From assembly GCA_963706575.1 (NCBI GenBank), contig CAVPNL010000005.1, forward strand, positions 32,001-96,000: DNA of 64,000 bases, read 5' to 3'. Origin of the DNA: an uncultured delta proteobacterium. Lineage in GTDB: Bacteria > Desulfobacterota > Desulfobacteria > Desulfobacterales > JAHEIW01. The position numbers and the translations under genes are program-made. Positions 37,811 to 48,297 of the stretch are shown here, piece after piece (the stretch's first letter is position 1; each line of letters opens with the position of its first letter). The notes under the pieces were generated by a model that saw only the letters and a program-made list of their open reading frames with translations, did not search any database and was not told the origin of the DNA.

Positions 37811-37885
37811 GATTGCGGATTTTAGATTGCGGATTGCGGATTTTGAAAATCCGATATCTACTTAGTCCTCAGCCCTCAGTCCTCA
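37811..37885. repeat. Heptamer repeats (GATTGCG)n and (GTCCTCA)n between convergent genes
   Basis: GATTGCGGATTTTAGATTGCGGATTGCGGATT followed by CTTAGTCCTCAGCCCTCAGTCCTCA. Confidence 0.8.
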
Positions 37886-39061
37886 TCACTTTCTTTTACG
37901 ATCCACCAGACAAAACCCCCAGAAAATCAGCCCACCGCATAATGCGATCAGAGAGCTGATCATAAACAGGGTAAAGGATCCGGTAATTTCGTATAAATAG
38001 CCGTTAATAAAGAAACCCACCATCAGGCCCAGACCATAACTGGTGGCATTGTTGACAGCCTGGCCCAGGGTCTTGGCTTTATCCGGCGCCAGGTGGTCGA
38101 TATACAGGATGCTGGCGATGTGAAATGTGCCGTAGGTTAACGCATGCAGAACCTGGGCAATTAAAATTGCCGTTGCCGATTGGACGAAGAACAGGATGAA
38201 CCACCGCAGGGCGGCAACCATAAATGAAAAGATCAAGACGGTCTTAATGGAAAAGCGGTTAAAGATTTGATCTGATCGGAGCATGACCAGAATCTCGGCG
38301 GCCGATGCCAATGCCCATGTCAATCCGATAAAGGTGCTTCCAAACCCCAAATTTTCCAGATGAATCGAAAAAAAGCCGTAATAAGCCCCGTGGCTGACCA
38401 GCATCAAAAAAGCGCAAAACAGAAATACAAGCACATGTCTGTCCAGCAGACTTTTGGCGTCCCTGGACAATCGTTTCTTTTTTGCGATCTGTAGGTTGGG
38501 GATTTGGGTGGAAATTACCGACAGCATCAACGATCCGGCCAGGATAAGAACGACAATCATCTCCACCGAATACAGATCGATGATTTTACCCAGTGCAAGC
38601 ACGACAGCGATAAAACTGATGGATCCCCAGACGCGGATATGGCCGTAACTTTTTTTTTCTTTTCCCAGAATATCCATGGTAAATGCTTCCAGAAAGGATA
38701 TGATCGGGGAAAAAAACATACCGTAAAAAATGGTGATGGCCAGCATGGGCCAAAAATCAACGGTAAAAAGGTACAGCATCCAGATCAGGGCACTGCAGAA
38801 ACAACACAGGATGTAGATCGGTCGGCGGGCATTGAGACGATCGGCCAGCGCTCCCCAGATAAGGGGAAAAAGGACGAGTGCTACCGAACGCACTGCAGAT
38901 AGGATTCCGATTCGAAAGCCGCTGAATCCCAGGTGGTAGCAATAGAGGTTGAAGAAGGGTAAAAAAATTCCCAGCACACCAAAATACAGAAAGTACTGGG
39001 AACCGATAACAAGATGATATGCTCGCTTGTTTTCGGTGGCCATGGTTGGTTCATACGGCAT
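37886..39061 (-). CDS. MFS transporter (MFS_1-like, HcaT/nucleoside symporter type)
   Basis: WGALADR, YGHIRVWGSI, about 12 TM segments. The start may be ATG 39043. Confidence 0.88.
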   Translation of the reverse strand: MPYEPTMATENKRAYHLVIGSQYFLYFGVLGIFLPFFNLYCYHLGFSGFRIGILSAVRSVALVLFPLIWGALADRLNARRPIYILCCFCSALIWMLYLFTVDFWPMLAITIFYGMFFSPIISFLEAFTMDILGKEKKSYGHIRVWGSISFIAVVLALGKIIDLYSVEMIVVLILAGSLMLSVISTQIPNLQIAKKKRLSRDAKSLLDRHVLVFLFCAFLMLVSHGAYYGFFSIHLENLGFGSTFIGLTWALASAAEILVMLRSDQIFNRFSIKTVLIFSFMVAALRWFILFFVQSATAILIAQVLHALTYGTFHIASILYIDHLAPDKAKTLGQAVNNATSYGLGLMVGFFINGYLYEITGSFTLFMISSLIALCGGLIFWGFCLVDRKRK

Positions 39062-39511
39062 TTATTCAATATCAACGGTTACCTGTTTCGGTTTTTCCTC
39101 TTCGGATCTGGGAATTTCTACCGTCAGAACCCCGTCTTTAAACGATGCTTTGATCAGATCCGGTTTGATCTGCTCCTGGAGTGAAAAGGAGCGGTTAAAT
39201 TTACCAAAACTTCTTTCCTTGCGATAATAATGTTCATCCTTGATTTCCGGATCCAGCAGGCGTTCCCCTTTGAGGGTCAGCAGATTGTCTTTAACCTCGA
39301 CCGATACGTTGTCTTTGTTAACGCCGGGGAGTTCTACTTTCAGAACGATCCCATCGCCGGTTTCATAAATATCAACCGGGGGGCTCCAGTCATAAAGGCC
39401 GACCTCTTCGTCCAACTCCCTTGAGCGCCCAAACGACTCGTTAAAGATTCGATTGATTCGGTCCTGCAGGGTCGCTACGTCTCGGAATGGATCCCATCTT
39501 ACGATTGCCAT
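39062..39511 (-). CDS. Hsp20/alpha-crystallin small heat-shock protein
   Basis: PPVDIYE, ELPGV, ERSFGKFNRSF, ASFKDGVL. Confidence 0.95.
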   Translation of the reverse strand: MAIVRWDPFRDVATLQDRINRIFNESFGRSRELDEEVGLYDWSPPVDIYETGDGIVLKVELPGVNKDNVSVEVKDNLLTLKGERLLDPEIKDEHYYRKERSFGKFNRSFSLQEQIKPDLIKASFKDGVLTVEIPRSEEEKPKQVTVDIE

Positions 39512-39664
39512 GACTGAACCTCCTTGTATAAAGCGTTTATATCGACTGAAAATTAATCATACCTCCATTCTTGTCAAGCTTTACAAAGCAAATAATCAGT
39601 GTTATTTTGATCTGGAATTTAGCGAATAGAACCAAACAATTTCCATACAATTTAGGAGCCGGAG

Positions 39665-40111
39665 ATGGAATTTATCAAAATTAGAATTGCCGAAGATTTT
39701 GGTCATCTGGGTTCTGACCTGGAAAAAACGATTGAAGATATGTTTCGCTCGATGAGTCCAACCTTCTCACTTGCCGATCGCACCTGGAAACCGCCGATGG
39801 ACATGAACGAAACGCCGGATGAGATCGTTATCGTTGCCGAGATTGCCGGAGTGGATAAGGATGATCTGGAAGTTGAAATCAGCAGCAAAGCCGTTAGAAT
39901 CCAGGGTAGCCGGATTGCCCGCCATTGCACCGATGACACCACCTACCGGCTCGCCGAAATTCAATACGGCCGCTTCGAAAGAATTCTATATCTGCCAGCG
40001 CCCATTGATCCTGAAGTTGTATCTGCCGGTTACACAAACGGCCTGCTCGAAGTCCGACTGGCAAAAATGCCGATTGAAAAATCCCATAAAATTCCGATAT
40101 CAGAAGGATAA
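39665..40111 (+). CDS. Hsp20/alpha-crystallin small heat-shock protein
   Basis: WKPPMD, EIAGV, EIQYGRFER, AGYTNGLL. Confidence 0.92.
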   Translation: MEFIKIRIAEDFGHLGSDLEKTIEDMFRSMSPTFSLADRTWKPPMDMNETPDEIVIVAEIAGVDKDDLEVEISSKAVRIQGSRIARHCTDDTTYRLAEIQYGRFERILYLPAPIDPEVVSAGYTNGLLEVRLAKMPIEKSHKIPISEG

Positions 40112-40196
40112 ATCGAAGGCAATAAGTGGTTTTTTTATTTCGATATTCTTACTTTTTCGATCATAACCCGAACGTGCCATAATCATAACGGTAAAA

Positions 40197-40282
40197 ACCA
40201 CAAAGACACAAAGACACAAAGCGCACAAAGAATAATACTTAAAAAGACTAAAGATACTTTGTGATCTTCGTGCCTTTGTGGT
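40197..40282. repeat. Inverted (CACAAAG)n/(CTTTGTG)n repeat cassette
   Basis: ACCACAAAGACACAAAGACACAAAGCGCACAAAG...CTTTGTGATCTTCGTGCCTTTGTGGT. Confidence 0.88.
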
Positions 40283-40337
40283 GGGAAAAATTTTTTAAAA
40301 AAAATGGAAAATTGGACGACTATTTCTGGAGGTAATA

Positions 40338-42734
40338 ATGACGGACCAACCTGTTCAAAAACCACCGGTTGAGATTGATACCGAAAAAATTCCCGAACTG
40401 CTTCCCATACTGCCCTTGTTTGATGCGGCCCTGTTTCCCAAAATGGTGCTGCCGCTGGTGGTAATGCAGGGCGAGTCGGTGCGGCTGGTGGATGAAGCCA
40501 TGGCAAAAAATCGGATCATCGGGCTGGTCGTATCCAAAAAACCGGGGGAGGGCCTTAAGCCGGATAGCGAAGATCTGGCCCAGATCGGAACCAGTGCGTT
40601 AATCTTGAAAATGGCCAAAACCCAGGACAATCGGACCCAGCTTTTGGTGCAGGGCCTCCACCGCTTCAAAATAAAGTCCTGGGAAAATAGCCGGCCCTAT
40701 CTGCGCGCGCGTATCGAACTGCTGGAAGAAAAAGAAATAAAAGACAATGAAACCGAAGCGCTCATGTCAAACCTGGCCGGGCAATTTATCCGCATCATAG
40801 AGCTTTCTCCGGGGCTGCCGCCGGAAATCGGCCAGATGGCAAAATCGATTCCCGAAGCCGGGACCCTGGCGGATATGATTGCCTCTACGATTAATTCCAG
40901 CCCGGAAGAAAAGCAAAAAGTTCTTGAGATACAAAATGTGAAGGAGCGTCTCAAAGAAGTCACCCGTCTGGTGAATCATCAGCTCAGTATCCTCGAACTG
41001 GGAAATAAAATTCAGAGCCAGGTCAAGGGAGACATGGATCAGAGTCAAAAGGAATATTATTTACGGCAGCAGCTCAAGGCCATCAAAGAAGAATTAGGCG
41101 AAACAGATGAAAGTCAGGTAGAAATTGAAGAATACCGGGCCAAAATTAAAGAAAAAAATCTTCCTCAAGAAGCTCTCAAAGAAGCAGAGCGCGAACTGGA
41201 CCGTCTGTCACGCATGCATCCGTCTTCAGCCGAATATACCGTAGCGTCAACCTATCTGGATTGGATCACCGCTTTGCCCTGGCACGAAAACACCGAGGAT
41301 AATGTTGACATCAAAAAAGCACAAAAAATCCTGGATGATGATCATTATGGGCTTGAGAAGCCCAAAAAGCGCATTATTGAATATCTGGCGGTCCGCAAAT
41401 TGAAACCCGAATCAAAAGGGCCGATTTTATGTTTTGCGGGCCCTCCGGGGACCGGAAAGACATCCCTGGGACAGTCAATCGCACGTGCCCTGGGCCGCAA
41501 GTTTCACCGCATTTCCCTGGGCGGCGTCAGAGACGAGGCCGAAATCAGAGGCCACCGGCGCACCTATGTCGGAGCGCTTCCCGGACGCATTATTCAGGGC
41601 CTGCGGCGGGCTGAATCCAATAACCCGGTCTTTATGCTGGATGAAATTGACAAGGTGGGCAGTGATTTTCGGGGTGACCCGTCTTCCGCACTTCTGGAAG
41701 TGCTGGATCCTGAACAGAATTTTTCTTTTAGCGATCATTATCTGGATGTGCCTTTTGATCTCTCCAAAGTCATGTTCATCACAACCGCAAACATCTTAGA
41801 TACCATACCGCCGGCATTGCGGGACCGGATGGAAGTTTTGATGCTGCACGGATACACCCTGGATGAAAAACTGAAAATCGCCAACCGCTTCCTCATTCCC
41901 CGGCAGCGGGATGAACACGGCATCAAGGCCAAGCAGATAAAATTTAACCAGAGTGCGGTTAAACAAATTATCACGGGTTACACCCGTGAAGCCGGACTGC
42001 GTAATCTGGAACGGGAAATCGCCAGCGTTTGTCGCGGTGTCGCCAGCAAGATTGCCGCCGGCAAGGTAAAGTCCGTAACCATCAAAGTAGACGATATCCA
42101 CGGGTACCTCGGCCCCATCCGATTTACGTCTGAAACCAAGGCCAGAGTGACCACACCCGGCGTCGCCACCGGCCTGGCCTGGACGCCAACCGGCGGCGAA
42201 CTTTTGTTTATCGAGGCCACCGCAATGAAAGGGAAAAATGGCCTGATCCTGACCGGGCAGCTGGGGGATGTGATGAAAGAATCGGCAACAGCCGCCTTGA
42301 GTTTTATCCGCGCAAATGCCAAAAAACTAAAAGTCGCTGAAGATTTTTTCGATACCCATGATATACATATTCATGTGCCCGCCGGTGCGATACCCAAAGA
42401 CGGGCCTTCGGCCGGCGTTACCATGCTCACCGCTTTAATCTCGCTGTTGACCGACAAGACCATTCATAAGGATCTGGCCATGACCGGTGAGATTACCTTA
42501 AGAGGTCAGGTGTTGCCGGTTGGCGGTGTCAAAGAAAAAGTGCTGGCTGCGCATCGGGCCGGCATCAGGGAAATTATCCTGCCGGAATGGAACCAGAAGG
42601 ATCTGGAGGACATACCGCCAAAGGTTAAAAAGGAGATTCGCTTTCATTTTGTCGACAAAATGATTAAAGTTCTTGAAATCGCACTGGATCGTAAAAAGCC
42701 GCCGGCTCGCAAAAGAAAGCGAAAAAAAACATAG
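40338..42734 (+). CDS. lon: ATP-dependent protease La (Lon)
   Basis: LON N-domain, GPPGTGKT, LDEIDK, PKDGPSAG, GGVKEK. Confidence 0.97.
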   Translation: MTDQPVQKPPVEIDTEKIPELLPILPLFDAALFPKMVLPLVVMQGESVRLVDEAMAKNRIIGLVVSKKPGEGLKPDSEDLAQIGTSALILKMAKTQDNRTQLLVQGLHRFKIKSWENSRPYLRARIELLEEKEIKDNETEALMSNLAGQFIRIIELSPGLPPEIGQMAKSIPEAGTLADMIASTINSSPEEKQKVLEIQNVKERLKEVTRLVNHQLSILELGNKIQSQVKGDMDQSQKEYYLRQQLKAIKEELGETDESQVEIEEYRAKIKEKNLPQEALKEAERELDRLSRMHPSSAEYTVASTYLDWITALPWHENTEDNVDIKKAQKILDDDHYGLEKPKKRIIEYLAVRKLKPESKGPILCFAGPPGTGKTSLGQSIARALGRKFHRISLGGVRDEAEIRGHRRTYVGALPGRIIQGLRRAESNNPVFMLDEIDKVGSDFRGDPSSALLEVLDPEQNFSFSDHYLDVPFDLSKVMFITTANILDTIPPALRDRMEVLMLHGYTLDEKLKIANRFLIPRQRDEHGIKAKQIKFNQSAVKQIITGYTREAGLRNLEREIASVCRGVASKIAAGKVKSVTIKVDDIHGYLGPIRFTSETKARVTTPGVATGLAWTPTGGELLFIEATAMKGKNGLILTGQLGDVMKESATAALSFIRANAKKLKVAEDFFDTHDIHIHVPAGAIPKDGPSAGVTMLTALISLLTDKTIHKDLAMTGEITLRGQVLPVGGVKEKVLAAHRAGIREIILPEWNQKDLEDIPPKVKKEIRFHFVDKMIKVLEIALDRKKPPARKRKRKKT

Positions 42735-42770
42735 CTCATCGTATCAGGATTTTTACAACGCCTTGCTCTT

Positions 42771-43547
42771 ATGGACAACAGAACACGTGTGCGCACATTG
42801 TTAATCGGTTGCCGTATCATCTTTATCTTTACGTTGTTTGCTTTATTTATCTGCGCGTGTGCGAGCAGTACATCCACTTATTCACCACCGCCGCCCAGCA
42901 AACCCGGCCATCCAAAACCCTATAAAGTACTCGGCAAATGGTATCAGCCGCTGCCGCATTCCGAAGGTTTTCGCCAGAGCGGCCTGGCCTCCTGGTATGG
43001 GCGGGATTTTCACGGCAAAAAAACATCAAATGGTGAGATTTACAACATGTATGCCATGACCGCTGCTCATAAAACACTGCCGTTGGGCACTTATGTAAAG
43101 GTGCACAACCAGGAAAACAATCGCAGCATTGTCGTCAGAATCAATGATCGCGGTCCCTTTGTGCGCGGCCGGATCATTGATTTGTCTTACACGGCCGCCA
43201 AAGATATCGGAATCGTGGGTCCGGGGACCGCCCGGGTCGAAGTGGTTGCCCTGGGCAGGCGAACGTCAACTTCCGGCGGCACGGCGTCGACTTACACTAC
43301 CGAGGATTATTCTCACGGCAAATTCACCTTTCAGGTCGGCGCCTTTTTGGATCGTGAAAATGCCGAAAGACAAAAGCGTGAACTGGCGCAACGGTATAAA
43401 AATGCGCACATTGCGGTTTATGACAGAGGAGATAAAATCTTTTATCGGGTCCGGGTCGGCCGATTTACAACGCTGCAAGAGGCCGTTCAACAGGAAGAAA
43501 TTCTGATAAAGGACGGATTCCCGGATGCCATTCTGGTGGCCGAATAG
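42771..43547 (+). CDS. rlpA: Septal ring lytic transglycosylase RlpA with SPOR domain
   Basis: GLASWYG, TAAHKTLP, RINDRGPF, IIDLS, QVGAF; lipobox. Confidence 0.93.
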   Translation: MDNRTRVRTLLIGCRIIFIFTLFALFICACASSTSTYSPPPPSKPGHPKPYKVLGKWYQPLPHSEGFRQSGLASWYGRDFHGKKTSNGEIYNMYAMTAAHKTLPLGTYVKVHNQENNRSIVVRINDRGPFVRGRIIDLSYTAAKDIGIVGPGTARVEVVALGRRTSTSGGTASTYTTEDYSHGKFTFQVGAFLDRENAERQKRELAQRYKNAHIAVYDRGDKIFYRVRVGRFTTLQEAVQQEEILIKDGFPDAILVAE

Positions 43548-43586
43548 ACAACATGATCTGCAGTTTGATGTATTGGAGGTAAAATC

Positions 43587-45083
43587 ATGATTCAATCTCA
43601 ACATAACCTATGGGAAGCAGTCTTGCGGCACCGGATGGGTTCGATCCTGTTGGTTACCATTATTGCACTGACAGTCACGTTGCCCTCGATTGTGAAGGGC
43701 GCCGGATCGGATTCAGTTTCAGCGAAAACGCTGGTGCAGAATGAACCATGGATTGGTGATTTTGACAAAATGGCCGAAAAGCGGCAGATTCGGGTGTTAG
43801 TGACCTACAGCAAAACATTTTATTTTTTAGATCGCGGCCATCAGCGCGGTATCTCCTATGATCTACTCAAAGAATTTGAGAAATATGTCAACAAAAAGCC
43901 TAAAGCAAAAACATTGAAAATAAATGTTGTGTTTATTCCAGTCCGGCGGGATGAACTGATCCCCGGTCTTGTGAAGGGTTTGGGGGACATTGCCGTCGCC
44001 AATCTGACCATAACTGCGCAACGCCAAAAATTGGTGGATTTTTCCAGCCCTCTTTTGACCGGTGTAAGCGAAGTGCTCGTAACCGGGCCCGCGGCACCAC
44101 CGGTGGTCAGCCTTGATGATCTTGCGGGAAAGGAAATCCACGTTCGCAAGTCCAGCAGTTATTATGAAAGCCTTGTTCAACTCAATGCGTCGTTCGAAAA
44201 AAACGATAAACAGCCGATGCAGCTTATTTTGGCGGATGCCACGCTTGAGGATGAGGATTTGCTGGAAATGGTAAATGCTGGCCTTATACCGATGATCGTC
44301 ATGGACAGCCACAAGGCGCAATTCTGGACCCAGATTTTTGAAAAGATCCAGGTTCATTCCAAAATTACCGCGAGGACGGGTGGCGAGATTGCCTGGGCCT
44401 TTCGTAAGAACAGTCCCAAGCTTAAAGCCGTGATCAATGAATTCGTTAAAGGCCACAAAAAGGGTACGCTGATCGGCAATATGTTATTTAAACGCTATTT
44501 AAAGAACACCCAATATGTCAAAAATTCTGTATCCGAACAGGAGTTGAGAAAATTCGAAGCCATGATCCAACTTTTCAAGAAATACGCAGACCATTATGAC
44601 TTTGATTATTTGATGCTTGCCGCCCAGGCCTACCAGGAGTCCGGTCTGGATCACAGCAAAAGGAGTCCAGCGGGTGCAATTGGCGTCATGCAAGTGCTGC
44701 CGGCTACGGCTTCGGATCCTAATGTCAACATACCTGAGATTGAAAAGCTGGAAAACAATATCCATGCCGGCACGAAATACCTGCGATTTATTATTAATCA
44801 ATACTATAAAGACGAACCCATGGACGACGTTAACAAAATGCTCTTTGCATTCGCATCATACAACGCTGGGCCGGAAAAGGTGAACAGACTTCGCAAAAGA
44901 ACCGCTGCATTGGGACTGGATCCCAATGTATGGTTTCATAATGTGGAGATTGCCGCAGCCGAGGTAATCGGTCGTGAGACGGCCCAGTACGTCAGTAACA
45001 TTTACAAATACTACATCACCTACCGACTGGTTGCAAAACAAAGAGAGAGAAAACAAAGGATGATAAACGAAAAAACAGCATGA
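43587..45083 (+). CDS. MltF-like lytic transglycosylase (substrate-binding domain plus SLT domain)
   Basis: ANLTIT, AYQESGL, GAIGVMQV, ASYNAG, ETAQYV. Confidence 0.9.
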   Translation: MIQSQHNLWEAVLRHRMGSILLVTIIALTVTLPSIVKGAGSDSVSAKTLVQNEPWIGDFDKMAEKRQIRVLVTYSKTFYFLDRGHQRGISYDLLKEFEKYVNKKPKAKTLKINVVFIPVRRDELIPGLVKGLGDIAVANLTITAQRQKLVDFSSPLLTGVSEVLVTGPAAPPVVSLDDLAGKEIHVRKSSSYYESLVQLNASFEKNDKQPMQLILADATLEDEDLLEMVNAGLIPMIVMDSHKAQFWTQIFEKIQVHSKITARTGGEIAWAFRKNSPKLKAVINEFVKGHKKGTLIGNMLFKRYLKNTQYVKNSVSEQELRKFEAMIQLFKKYADHYDFDYLMLAAQAYQESGLDHSKRSPAGAIGVMQVLPATASDPNVNIPEIEKLENNIHAGTKYLRFIINQYYKDEPMDDVNKMLFAFASYNAGPEKVNRLRKRTAALGLDPNVWFHNVEIAAAEVIGRETAQYVSNIYKYYITYRLVAKQRERKQRMINEKTA

Positions 45084-47575
45084 AAAATGAAGCATGCTTA
45101 AAAAATGCACGCACAAATGATCCTGATCGGAGTTCACTCATGAGACATTCTGCAAAGAAAATCCTTTGCGTCGTGTTGCCGATAGCCGTACTTCTGATAT
45201 CAAGCCATGTGCTGGCCCAAGAGCAATCCAGTGGCGATCAAACCTCGGGAACGAAACGAGATGTATCTGTGTCAGCATCGGATCTGGCCGATATCATACC
45301 GAAAGCGACAAAATTGTCCGCAGATCTGGCGACCCTTGAAAACAGGGCTACCGGTCTCCCGGATGTCGCAGAATTTGAAAAAAAGTACGCCCGGATCGAG
45401 GAGAATCTAAAGGTTCCTGCCGCTCAATTACAACAGATAAAGGACTCAAAAGATGGTCGCTTAAATAAGCTTGTGGAACTGAGGAAGGTAATCGAGCGGG
45501 AAAAGGAATTATTCGAAGAAATCAGCAGACCCCTTAGTGAAGCCATTCGTCAATGCGGCGATTGGAGAAACGCTTGGCAGGCAGAGAAGCAAAATTGGAG
45601 CCAGTGGGAGTCTGCCCTAATCGAAGATGGAGATCTGGCCCAACTCAAAGCGACTTTTGAAAAGGCAAAGGGCACGATCGACAAGGCTTTGGAAATCGTC
45701 CGTTCGCAACTGAATTCGATGCTGACGGCCCAGGAGAGAGCCGGCAATATTCAGGCAAAAATAGTTGCGCTTAGCGCAGAGATAGACTCTATGATTTTAG
45801 CCACCCGTTCCGGTGTCAGGGTCAGCCTGTCTCCTCCGATGTTTTCGTCGCGGTATTTTGATCAGTATTCAAACGAGTTGTGGTACGCATTGCAAAAAGG
45901 CCTGACTGATATCTCATGGCCGGGCAGCCGTTTCATGGATCAACAGGGGTTGATCGTCTTTCTCCATATTTTGTTTTCTCTGATTGTGATCATCGCCGTC
46001 TTTCGCAAACGACAGGTGCTCAACGATTCGGAACGCTGGCGGTTTGTGGCAGCACGGCCTTATTCCGCAGGATTGTTTTTTGGCTCGCTAGCGTCAATGT
46101 GGCTTTATGAATATCGGGGGTTTCAAGACACGTGGGGACTTTTCATTACGATGTTCGCCGGCTTCGCCTTTGCACGACTTATCAGCGCTTTGAATGTGGC
46201 CTTCTGGAAAAGGCAGTTTGTATATGGGTTAATCATCGTTTTGACCGTCACCAGACTGCTGCAGGTGGTCATGTTGCCGCTTCCACTATTCCGACTATAC
46301 ATGGTTTTGGCTGCGTTGGCAGGCCTTGTCTTCTGCTGGCGGTGGGCCCGCGAAAGTGGGCGTCAAAACGACCCGCACTTTTATCGCCGGTTGCTTCGGA
46401 TGGGCGCTTTCGTTTTTGCCTTCATCATCATTGCGGATATTTGGGGCAAACAAGGGTTGGCCGATTTTCTGTTCCTATCTCTAATACGTTCGACGGCAAC
46501 TGTGCTTGCCTTTATGTTGTTCATGTACATGATTCGCGGGTCTTTGGAGTGGGTATTGCGTCGTCCATCTCTCAAACGAACGGCATTGTTTTACAGGGAT
46601 GCCGACGTCATCATTCGCCGGGTGACCCTATTTACGGATGTTGCCATATGTGGCCTGCTTCTGCTGCCCGCTAATCTGTTGATCTGGGGAGTTTTCGATA
46701 GCTTGCCGGCGGCGATAAAAGGTTTGCTGGCACTTGGGTTTAACCTGGGGTCCCAACGGATTAGTGTGGGTCTGGTGATTATTTCAGCAGGCATCCTTTA
46801 TGGATCGTTTCTGGCATCCTGGATGGTCCAGAAAATGCTGATGGATGACGTGCTCGCCAGGCGTCGCGTGGAAATCGGGGTCCGGGTTTCAATCGTAAGA
46901 TTGGTTCACTATGTCTTCATATTTGTCGGCTTCCTTTTGGCGCTCCTGGCACTCGGGTTCGAGTTTACAAAACTCACCATCATATTGAGTGCGCTCGGCA
47001 TCGGCATCGGCTTTGGCCTGCAAAGCATCGTCAACAATCTTGTCAGCGGACTCATTCTGCTCTTTGAACGACCTGTCAGGGTGGGTGATTTTATCGAGAT
47101 CGGTGAGAAGTGGGCTGAAATCAAAAAGATCGGTCTTCGAGCCACAACCGTCCAAACCTTCGACCAGGCAGATGTGATCATCCCCAACGCCGATCTTGTC
47201 ACCAATCAGGTGATCAATTGGACGCTTAGCAATCGGCGCGTGCGGCTTATCATTCCGGTGGGAGTGGCCTATGGTTCGGACGTTTCCCTGGTGATCGAAA
47301 CGCTGCTGGCAAGCGTCAAGGAAAACTCAAAGATTGCCGAAGCACCCACCCCTCAGGTGTTATTTTTGAAATTCGGAGAGAGCGCTCTCGAGTTCGAGCT
47401 TCGCGTCTGGGTGTTGGATGCCGAAAACAGACTGGTCGTAAGCAGTGAACTTCACCAGGAGATTGACAGGAGATTCAGGGAAGCGAAAATCGAGATTGCC
47501 TTTCCCCAGCGGGATCTGCATCTGCGCAGTCTGGATGACTCGGTCATTTTGCAGCCATCGGAGACGACAAGATAA
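45080..47575 (+). CDS. Large MscS/MscK-family mechanosensitive channel
   Basis: Coiled-coil N-terminus, many TM segments, GIGFGLQ...ERPVRVGD...IPNA...FPQRDLH. Confidence 0.92.
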   Translation: MKNEACLKNARTNDPDRSSLMRHSAKKILCVVLPIAVLLISSHVLAQEQSSGDQTSGTKRDVSVSASDLADIIPKATKLSADLATLENRATGLPDVAEFEKKYARIEENLKVPAAQLQQIKDSKDGRLNKLVELRKVIEREKELFEEISRPLSEAIRQCGDWRNAWQAEKQNWSQWESALIEDGDLAQLKATFEKAKGTIDKALEIVRSQLNSMLTAQERAGNIQAKIVALSAEIDSMILATRSGVRVSLSPPMFSSRYFDQYSNELWYALQKGLTDISWPGSRFMDQQGLIVFLHILFSLIVIIAVFRKRQVLNDSERWRFVAARPYSAGLFFGSLASMWLYEYRGFQDTWGLFITMFAGFAFARLISALNVAFWKRQFVYGLIIVLTVTRLLQVVMLPLPLFRLYMVLAALAGLVFCWRWARESGRQNDPHFYRRLLRMGAFVFAFIIIADIWGKQGLADFLFLSLIRSTATVLAFMLFMYMIRGSLEWVLRRPSLKRTALFYRDADVIIRRVTLFTDVAICGLLLLPANLLIWGVFDSLPAAIKGLLALGFNLGSQRISVGLVIISAGILYGSFLASWMVQKMLMDDVLARRRVEIGVRVSIVRLVHYVFIFVGFLLALLALGFEFTKLTIILSALGIGIGFGLQSIVNNLVSGLILLFERPVRVGDFIEIGEKWAEIKKIGLRATTVQTFDQADVIIPNADLVTNQVINWTLSNRRVRLIIPVGVAYGSDVSLVIETLLASVKENSKIAEAPTPQVLFLKFGESALEFELRVWVLDAENRLVVSSELHQEIDRRFREAKIEIAFPQRDLHLRSLDDSVILQPSETTR

Positions 47576-47886
47576 CGTTATTGTTGCGCTTAATATATCG
47601 CCAATCCTTGGATATTTGGGTTTTTAGCAGGCATTTCGGTCGATATCAAATCTGAAGACAGAAAGATTCTATCTCATAAAAATCATTGCTTTTTGGATGG
47701 CGCTCATCTATAAACAAACGCCATATTCCAAGATATGGCGCCGACGGGTTTGCCATAAGTTACAGCCTTTGAACATCCAATACATATGTTTCTGCTTCGG
47801 CAGCGGGCATCAATCTTTTACTAATTCTCTTGTTTATCACCTTAGGTTCTAAGTTATTCTGCGCTTAAAATTACAGCGGAGAGGTT

Positions 47887-48297
47887 ATGCAACCGATTGT
47901 ATCCTCTGGAATACTTTCACCGTGGGAACCGGGTATCTTCAGCCTGGCGATTTATGTGATTCTCATTCTGGTTTTTGTCGCATCTCAGCTGTTCATTGCG
48001 GTCTGGCTCGGGGAAAAGAAAAAAACCGTCGAAAAATTAAGGCCTTATGAAAGCGGTATTATTCCCACCGGAGCCGCGCGTCTGCGTTATCCCGTCCCTT
48101 TTTATCTGGTGGCCATCTTTTTTCTCATTTTTGACGTGGAAGGCGCCTTTATTTTTGCCTGGGCCATCGCCCACGGAGAACTGGGCTGGGCGGGATGGAT
48201 GCAAATTTCATTTTTTATCGTATTGTTGCTGCTGGGTCTTGTTTATATCTGGCGAAAAGGGGGTCTTGATTGGGGGCCGATAGCCCAAAAGGATTAA
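47887..48297 (+). CDS. nuoA: NADH-quinone oxidoreductase subunit A
   Basis: [27 protein letters not shown]. Confidence 0.96.
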   Translation: MQPIVSSGILSPWEPGIFSLAIYVILILVFVASQLFIAVWLGEKKKTVEKLRPYESGIIPTGAARLRYPVPFYLVAIFFLIFDVEGAFIFAWAIAHGELGWAGWMQISFFIVLLLLGLVYIWRKGGLDWGPIAQKD

